Origin: Carpediemonas membranifera BICM
Lineage: Eukaryota > Protista > Fornicata
Assembly (NCBI GenBank): GCA_019828565.1
Contig: JAHDYR010000041.1
Span: 101,616-165,615 of the forward strand
Direction of reading: 5' to 3'
DNA: 64,000 nt
How positions within the stretch are numbered: the first letter of the stretch is position 1; every line of letters starts with the position of its first letter. A program made the translations under genes and the position numbers. This document shows, one piece after another, positions 56,786 through 64,000 of the stretch. The notes below the pieces were generated by a model. That model was given only the letters and a program-made list of their open reading frames with translations, was not told the origin of the DNA and searched no databases.

Positions 56786-58319
56786 TTATTCCGGCACCTC
56801 GTTGAGCAGGAAATAGTGCACTTTCAGGCGAGCATATCTCACTCTAGACACGCTGCACTTGACCACCTTAGCCACGCCATCGCAGTCACCCACAACATCA
56901 TACCACTGCCCTTCTGTGTCGCATAATGCGTACACACGCTCATATGTCTGATAGACAGCTGTTGCCTCAAAGGGCATATCTAGCGTACAATCGTCCTCGC
57001 AAATATGGGTGCAACCAGGAGACACCCAAATCAGCCGCCAGGGGAGAAAAAACAACACCGCCTTTACATTCAAAGGGAATGCAATCGGCGTTGCTGTGAG
57101 GCATTTCTCGCGCTGCTGGTATTCAGGCAGTAGGCCAGACTGGGCGATATGTTGGGGAACCACACCGGCGAACAGGAGTTGACTGCCGCTGAGGAAGACG
57201 TTGCAGCGACAGTCTGCCATGAGCTGGTCGACCCTGAACGGCAGCTTTTCGAAGCCCCGTATACATCTATCGCGTCCAAGTCCCAGCTTATAGTGGCGGT
57301 TGAAATCGCTGATTACCTGCTGATCGCCCGCGGAGAGGATAACTGTCCCCCCTCCATACATGATCCGATCAGGGATGAAGCCAGTGGGCACAGCGACTGG
57401 GTGGAAGACGTATCTTCTCAGATCGTCATGAACTGTGAAGCATGCACCGTTTCCAGCCATGACAGTACCGACTGGGGTGAGGATGAACCTGCGACAAGCC
57501 TGCTCCGACACATCGATCACCATCCTGTTCTTCTCCCAGGGGGGCAGACTGGCCTCGAGCTCGGCGATATTAGGGCAGCTGGTGAAGGTGAGGCGGGTCG
57601 CATTCCAGTGCCAGTCCAAGCTCCATGCCCACAGACCCTTAGGTGTCCTGGTAAGATGGCTGAAATTGCAACTGTAGACCTCGAGGGCCCTGGGCATCCT
57701 GGCTCTAATGAAGATGGCGAGGTTGTCTGGACGAAGCATGAATAGACGGCCCATGTACATGCGGTGATGGTAGTGTGTGTTGCCATTTGAGAATTGGTAG
57801 TACTCGCCGTCCTTCTCGGCGACGTTCAGTGTGAAGAAGAACTTGCGGCAGAGGAACCAGAGACACTTGCCCTCGGGGGGCGAGAGCATTTCGGATGAGG
57901 TCCTGGAGGTCTGGGTTGGCCCCTCCACCCATAAGACACGCCCACACCGCGCCCTGGTTCAGTGTGTGCATGGCTGCCGGGAGCTCATCGCCAGGCGAGA
58001 GCTCGACGTTCATGGACAGCGGGGGTCCGTCTGCGAGGATCGAGCGGGCGTGATCTAGGAGGACTTGTGCGGTTGGTTCAAGCGGGGGGATCTTGGAGAG
58101 CGTGGCGAGGAGGGATTCGAGAGAAGGGGCGCTCGCTGGTGCAGTAGTGCTCTCTGCGTTGTGGAACGAGGGCATCTCCTCGCCAAAATGCCTGGTGTAG
58201 GCGCATTGGAGCAAGGATGGTACGTCCCCGGAGATACGGGCTGCTACAACTAGCGAGGCGCGGAATACGGAGATAAGGGCTTCTTTGATGGCTGATGGGG
58301 AGGAACTAGCACTGCTCAT
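56786..58319 (-). CDS. Divergent RCC1-like protein (frameshifted)
   Basis: Homolog of 39558-41153 (KCLWFLCRKF, YHHRMYMGRLF, LEASLPPWEK, KLGLG). Confidence 0.6.
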
Positions 58320-58389
58320 CGATTCCAGCGCTCAGTTCGGTGGCGACTTGTTCTCGTTCTTAAACTGCTCAATGAGAAAGGATGACAGC

Positions 58390-58488
58390 AGAAACGACGT
58401 CCTGGAGGACGTCCTGGTGTTGGGAGGGGGTGTTCTTGAGCACGTGATAGTGGACGGCCTTGTTGGTGGGCGCGGCCCATGAGAAGCA
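58390..58488 (-). pseudogene. Captured PIWI-domain fragment (HYHVL segment)
   Basis: CFSWAAPTNKAVHYHVLKNTPSQHQDVLQDVVS; cf. Ago PSHYHVL...DELQ; its end DVVS overlaps the DVAS start of 23046-23213. Confidence 0.7.
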
Positions 58489-58699
58489 CCAGCGCAAGTA
58501 AAGCATTTTGCAATATATTACTTGCGTTTGCGCTGTCGTTCTCCGGGCGCACTTCCCCGGCCGCTCTTTGACACGGACATTGCCGTGGGGCCTCCTCCTC
58601 GTAGCTGTTTCCTCCCCGGGTTCTGTAAATGGTGTGTTTTGATTCATCTGTCCCTTTGTTTGTCTCGGCGTTGAACTTTGAAAGCAATAAATGGCTACG

Positions 58700-58940
58700 A
58701 TCAAGATATTATTGTCCAATGAGGCTCTTTACATCGCCTTCTAGCTCGATATTGATGTTGTTAGTGATTTTCTAGAGTACAGCACCAGTTTCGGTAATAG
58801 GGGGACAGACGAGCGCAAACAACTACATGGCTCCGAACTACACGCGTCTTGGCGTTGATATTGGTTATTAAATGGACTGTTCGTAACATATTGAGGGATT
58901 TCGTCACTGTACTCGAATGCACAAGTGTGCAGTTTATGCA
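58700..58940. repeat. ~240-bp non-coding segment duplicated at 61970-62209
   Basis: attgtccaatgaggctc...gtgcagtttatgc present twice with few substitutions. Confidence 0.85.
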
Positions 58941-59020
58941 TCTGCCGGAATCTCATTTAAGGGAGATAACAGCGTCCTAAACAACAGGGATCTGTCAGTC
59001 ATTATCAAACTTTACTTCTC

Positions 59021-60223
59021 TCACTCAGCCTCGTTGTCCCGCTTCTCCGGAGTAACCAATTGAGCCTTCCTTGTGCCGGGACGGGTGACACCAAAGACTC
59101 GGAAGAGTAAGTCGCTCGTCTGCTCCAAACCCTGGCTTTCCTCAAGCCTCAGAATGTTGTGCCGGATCTTATCTCGGTCCTGGTCTTGAAGATGCCCGAG
59201 CTCAGCGTTCAGCCTGTTATCAAAGGCTTGGCTGAAGATGAGCACGGAATGGGCCAGGGTTAGGGGCACAGCTTGGTGACTGGCGAGCTCGCGGAACTCC
59301 TTTGGCCAGAGAATGGCGTACTTGATCATTTTGGCGTACTTACGCCGCACATTGTGGGTCTTGATGGAACTCATCTCGTGGATGCGCTTGTAGATGCCAT
59401 CACAGTAGGTGTTCTTGCCAACGCGCCCAGCCAGTACATCGGCACGTAAACGTTCGGCTGCGGCGTCAAGACGGGCGACCCTACCCTCATCGTCGACGGG
59501 CATCGCTCCACGCTTCCCTGCGATCGTGTACAGCTCCAGCTGCCAAGCAATCATGATCCGCAGCATCATCTCGCGTGTTGCACCAGACGTCATTGTCTCT
59601 AGCATGAGTTCCAGGCGGTGTTCATCCATGTAGCCAGACTGAATGACAGTAAGCGTCGTCATAGCACTGGATACTGGCGCGATAATGCCGCCATACCAAG
59701 GCTCCTCCTTGAGCACCGCGGTAACATCGAATGTCTCAAGGGTGAGATCAATCTTGGGCTTCTTCTTCTTGTCCTTCTTGCTCGCCGAAGGCTGCCCCTC
59801 ACCCTCACCTGATGCTTCTTCGCCAGCCTTGCCCACACCCTCGGCCGATGCCTGTCCCTCCCTGGTGATAGAACCATCTACTTGGCAGCTCCGACGTGCG
59901 AAGCGCCTCGTAGACGGGATTGCTGCTTCTTGTACGTTCTCTGCAGCCACCACAACATCGCTTGTGCTCTCAAGAGGCTTTTGCTTGCGCTCTGTCAGCA
60001 TCTCGACGACGTTCTCGTGAACACGGTGCTTCAGAACATCAACAACGCCTTCAGTGCGATACTTAGGCTCAATGCTGAAGTAACAAATCAATGCATGCAC
60101 GATCTGGCGCTTTGATCCTTCCATCTCTTCGTCTCTTTCGTTCATTCGGAAACCGTTAAATAAACCATGGAATGGGTGGAACATGCGAGTGATCCAGACC
60201 TCAAGCGTGTCTACACACGGCAT
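59021..60223 (-). CDS. Hypothetical protein, homolog of 25978-27084
   Basis: Shared motifs; same divergent arrangement with the SET gene. Confidence 0.7.
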   Translation of the reverse strand: MPCVDTLEVWITRMFHPFHGLFNGFRMNERDEEMEGSKRQIVHALICYFSIEPKYRTEGVVDVLKHRVHENVVEMLTERKQKPLESTSDVVVAAENVQEAAIPSTRRFARRSCQVDGSITREGQASAEGVGKAGEEASGEGEGQPSASKKDKKKKPKIDLTLETFDVTAVLKEEPWYGGIIAPVSSAMTTLTVIQSGYMDEHRLELMLETMTSGATREMMLRIMIAWQLELYTIAGKRGAMPVDDEGRVARLDAAAERLRADVLAGRVGKNTYCDGIYKRIHEMSSIKTHNVRRKYAKMIKYAILWPKEFRELASHQAVPLTLAHSVLIFSQAFDNRLNAELGHLQDQDRDKIRHNILRLEESQGLEQTSDLLFRVFGVTRPGTRKAQLVTPEKRDNEAE

Positions 60224-60257
60224 CTTGCTTCATAAATGACTGTTTATTGCCCAAATT

Positions 60258-60950
60258 TTGTGTTGCGGCGTGACCGAATCGAACGAGAACATGAAGCTCA
60301 CCAACAAGGCAGATACTGTGATTACGGCGGAGGAATACCAGCAATACTACTCCTCTGATGACTTTGAGTCATTTGTTGCGGCCTGTGATGAAGCAGGCAT
60401 TCGTTCTGCCCACAGCACCACGTTCTCCGTCACAGTGGACAAGAATGGCTTCAACAGCGAGCTAGATCTGGCCATGGTGCCTCAGCATGCGCTTATGGGG
60501 CCGACAGTGGGCGATGGTATCCTTACCAACAAGAGCATCCCCAACGACGCAGTCATTGGCATATACTGCGGCAAGATCATCCCCGAGCCCGAACCTGGTG
60601 CAGTCACGACCTACGTGACGAGGCTCAAGAAGCCTAACAACTTTGCTGTTGACTCGGCCGGCCTCACGTTCGGCTGTCACAAGATCAACGATGGTGCCGC
60701 TTTCTACAACGTCGTACCGGGGACGGCCTACGTTAATGTGCAGGTGGGGGACCAGAAGAAGCGTCTTCCCGTCATTCTTTACTTGGCGGATCGCGCTATT
60801 GCCAAGTTCGAGTACCTCTCGATCGAGTATGGCGAGCAGTACTGGCGTGGACGCAAGCCCATGGCCCTCTACCCCTTCTGTCTGGAGAAGATGCTTGCTG
60901 AGGCTGAGTATGAGGAGATCAACGATGTCTTAGACGCCGTTCTCTCCTAA
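60258..60950 (+). CDS. SET-domain protein (NDG variant; probable start 60291)
   Basis: VGDGI...IGIYCGKI, CHKINDG, EYLSIEYGEQYW. Confidence 0.85.
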   Translation: MCCGVTESNENMKLTNKADTVITAEEYQQYYSSDDFESFVAACDEAGIRSAHSTTFSVTVDKNGFNSELDLAMVPQHALMGPTVGDGILTNKSIPNDAVIGIYCGKIIPEPEPGAVTTYVTRLKKPNNFAVDSAGLTFGCHKINDGAAFYNVVPGTAYVNVQVGDQKKRLPVILYLADRAIAKFEYLSIEYGEQYWRGRKPMALYPFCLEKMLAEAEYEEINDVLDAVLS

Positions 60951-61123
60951 CCTAAATTGAGATCCCAACAATTCATTGCTTTCAAAAGTTCAAGGGTCCT
61001 TCTACCTGGCCCATCATCACTGGGATCCTCGTGCTTGGCGCCCACATCCCCGATGTCACCCAAAAAGATCTAGAATTTTCCGAAAATCGGCTTCCGACAA
61101 TTTTCATTGATCCCTGACGCTCG

Positions 61124-61969
61124 ATGGAACTGGATATTGCGTATCAACTGGTTGCTCTGAAGGAGATGAAGTCTATTGAGTCTCTTAAGATCAATTCCAT
61201 CACGATTCAGAAGGAAAAGGTCCGGAAAGCTGTCATTCTTGCTTTCGCGCAGTCTCCCGCGGGTAAGAAGTGGGTAACGAGCACACTGAGGCTCTGTGCT
61301 GACCGCTACAGCGCTTCGATCCAGTACAACGTGCAGAGCATGTTGTTTGGCATGAACTCCAACGCCACATTCAACGAGGAGGCAGCAATAGCGACTCTGC
61401 GCGTTCATGAGAGGCTCGTGACCCCGCTACACCAGTCAGTCTTCGCTAACATGGTCAGGGCCAAGCACAAGACACCGACTCTAGACGATTTCCTCGATAC
61501 CGCGTGTGTCTTCCCGACTTTTACTGAGTTGGATCGCCTTGCCGCATGGGTGGGTGAGCGCAACCCCAGTGTCTGGGTCATCATGACGGAGGCTCGTATT
61601 ACTGGCGTTTTAGATGGTGAGATCTATGAGCCGCTGCTTCGGGCCGTTGCTGACGACGTTGATAGATTCACGTTCGGCAGCCCTGAAAAGTTCCTCCAGT
61701 TAACCGACACGAGCCTTGACTATGCCGTCGAGAGTGTCCAGATCAAGGACTATGCCAATCGTCGCTGCCTTGTCAAGTGGATCGGGTATCCTGTGCCTGT
61801 CACCGTTCCGCTGACCGATACGTTGCGTGAGCTGGAGGCTGGGGAAACCTCGGGGTTTGTGGGCGTGCGACGGGAGATAACCTTCTCTGGGCGGGGTCGT
61901 ACAACCGGGGAAATTCAGAACAATCTTTTCAGGCGTCGGGAACCCGAGCGTGACGTTTCTGAGGAGTAA
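61124..61969 (+). CDS. Protein with C-terminal chromodomain-like motif
   Basis: QLTDTSLDYAVESV...CLVKWIGYP. Confidence 0.7.
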   Translation: MELDIAYQLVALKEMKSIESLKINSITIQKEKVRKAVILAFAQSPAGKKWVTSTLRLCADRYSASIQYNVQSMLFGMNSNATFNEEAAIATLRVHERLVTPLHQSVFANMVRAKHKTPTLDDFLDTACVFPTFTELDRLAAWVGERNPSVWVIMTEARITGVLDGEIYEPLLRAVADDVDRFTFGSPEKFLQLTDTSLDYAVESVQIKDYANRRCLVKWIGYPVPVTVPLTDTLRELEAGETSGFVGVRREITFSGRGRTTGEIQNNLFRRREPERDVSEE

Positions 61970-62379
61970 ATCAAGATAATATTGTCCAATGAGGCTCTTT
62001 ACATCGCCTTCTAGCTCGATATTGATGTTGTTAGTGATTTTCTAGAGTACAGCACCAGTTTCGGTAATAGGGGGACAGACGAGCGCAAACAACTACATGG
62101 CTCCGAACTACACGCGTCTCGGCGTTGATATTGGTTATTAAATGCACTGCTGGTAGCATATTGAGGGATTTCGTCATTGTACTCGAATGCACAAGTGTGC
62201 AGTTTATGCTTTCTCGGCCAGCCGACGATATTTACCACCACAGACAGCTGCATACAGGCTGTAGACTAGACATATACAGCAGGCTGAGTAATATAGCACC
62301 ATACCCCCCTACAAACCGCGAATCAACCTCAAAGTCACATAAACATAAGCGATACGGTCGGTATATCAATCCTTTACTC

Positions 62380-64000
62380 TTACTTCTTCACTGACCATCT
62401 CCTCCTCTTCAGCCCGGGAGGAACCTTGCGCAGAGTGGCGTGTCCCCTTGTCACTTCGACCGCATACTCGATTTCCCACTCGCGACACTGTTGGGCAAAA
62501 CACGCCAGGGCGCTCTGGCCGTTTTCGTTGGGCTTAAACGCGACATGTGTCACCTTGCCCTCCTCAGACTTGCTAAAAACGTACATGCCGACGACTGGAT
62601 CGATCTTTGGGTCAAAAATCCCGGACAACATGGAGGTATGCAACGGACTTTCCAGTCATTGAGCACCAGGCTTCAACAGCCCACTGAGTTAACCACTTCT
62701 CCTGCATGATTGGCTTACCGATGTTGCTCCTCCTCCGTGACAGTGTGTACACTGCACACTTCATGGAAAAGTTCGTCCCGGAGACCCTCCTCGGGCCGCC
62801 TGTACCCCGGAGTGGCCCGCCGGTTCATCTCTATCGCTTCCTTGTATATCTGCTCGCGGTAGTTGTCCGCCTTCGTCTCCGCTGCACACTGCTCTTCATT
62901 CGTCATCGTCTCCCAGCTCTTGAACGCATGAGGCTCCGTGACGCCCTCGATCATCATGAGGCAGTGTGTTATACAGTTGCCGTGGGGCAGGGTTTTGTAT
63001 CTGACCCACTGCTTGCTCTTCTCCAGCTGATTGGCGACGTCAACTCTAAACTTGACTTCCCTGCTCCTCATCTGCTCGGAAGCTGGGTCGACGTGGTCGA
63101 CCTGGACATATTCAACGTCCGACTCAGCCTCGAATGCCACCTCGTTGTCTGCCTCTTGCTCCTTATCTGCCTCACGCTTCTCCTCTGACTCTGCATTCAC
63201 CTCTGACTCAGCCATCTCGTCCTCCTGCTCCTCCTCCTCTGCCTCACCCTCCTCCACTGGCTCCTCTTCCTCCTCTGACTCCTCCTCCGAGTCCTCTGGC
63301 CTGGCCTTCTCGGGCTCAGCCTGGATGCAGGCGTCGCATTTGGTCACGTCCTCCTCATGTGACTCACCCTTCCTCTCCTCTGTCACCAGCTCCTCGTGTG
63401 CCTCGCGCTTCTTCTCCTCTGTCACCATCTCCTCCTCGTCTGACTCCTCTGAGTTGTTATCGACATCAGCGATCTTCTGAGGGATTGTCATGAGGGCCTT
63501 GCGCTTCATGTGGATTGTGTCGCTCTTCCCCGTACGGCGGGGGGTACTCGTTCGTGCTTGGTGTGTGCCCGACTGGGGTAGGTCGCGGCGAAACGGCGCG
63601 GGTGTCGGGCTGGCACCCATGGAGATGTCAGCTGCGTACCCCACGTCTTGCAGCAGCCTCGTGACGGTCTCCTCCAGCTCGAGTACTCTCTTCTGCGCCT
63701 TGTGATGGAGCACTCGTGCCTCCATCGGAAGAGATGGGAGGTCTTTGTGAATCCAGTCCTTCATTTCGAGCAGCTTGGATACGCGAAGGTATCTGTCGAA
63801 CTGGACGTCGACGTGGTTGTCCCCAGCAACCGCAGCTGACTCTCGAGAGGCGCGAATGCGAAGCTCGCCGTGCACCTCCTTCTGGACTCTATGCCACAGG
63901 ACGTAGTTGCGAGCGTTATTGTCCTCCCACTCCTTGAGCTTCTGGGCGATCTTTTCTCTCGCGCCGGCGCTTGATCGCGCGTTCTCTAATCTCATCGTCG
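62380..64000 (-). CDS. OTU-like protein (5' outside window; frameshift near 62720)
   Basis: N-terminal half near-identical to the C OTU gene; TLPHGNCITHCL and, in 62380-62643, VTRGHATL. Confidence 0.65.

Larger units (their letters stand above)
49595..64000. mobile_element. Giant DNA transposon D (near-identical to B, opposite orientation; own sequence 49595-54109, then interrupted by E)
   Basis: TIR 49595-49642; matches the revcomp of 45013-45552 plus 16600-20570. Confidence 0.88.
54110..64000. mobile_element. Giant DNA transposon E (relative of C, partial) nested in D
   Basis: Starts CATACTGTC where D homology ends; subterminal CCCTAGATTATCTT repeats; shares HEPN, RCC1, SET, chromo and OTU genes with C. 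Confidence 0.85.

Noticed and set aside
60995-61070. KGPSTWPIITGILVLGAHIPDVT as another Argonaute/PIWI fragment
   Set aside because: Resemblance to the GADV strand is too short and weak to call without a search.

Overview
Eukaryotic (protist-like) DNA with short ~31-36 nt GT-AG introns; the divergent RCC1-like family suggests a free-living fornicate such as Carpediemonas (unverified guess). The window is a nested stack of mobile elements with no obvious ordinary host genes. The backbone is a head-to-tail array of a CRE-clade, RLE-type non-LTR retrotransposon (unit ~3.98 kb). Five large DNA transposons sit in it or in each other, all with 5'-CATACTGT...ACAGTATG-3' termini; 2-bp target-site duplications are verified for B and C. 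A (<1-7618), B (8967-45552, 12.1 kb net) and D (49595->) insert into the retroelement. C (20571-45010, 24.4 kb) is nested in B and E (54110->64000) is nested in D. B, C and D encode a ~900-aa Chapaev/Transib/RAG1-like DDE transposase. Cargo is a chromatin and proteolysis toolkit: SET, GNAT, OTU, PHD, chromodomain, caspase/CHAT-like protease, HEPN RNase, RCC1-like protein and a degenerate tyrosine-recombinase-like protein. C and E also carry several short captured pieces of a PIWI/Argonaute gene in mosaic spacers, some amplified in both orientations. This suggests an anti-silencing system (inference). All domain calls are from motif recognition by eye; some frameshifts are probably long-read indel errors.
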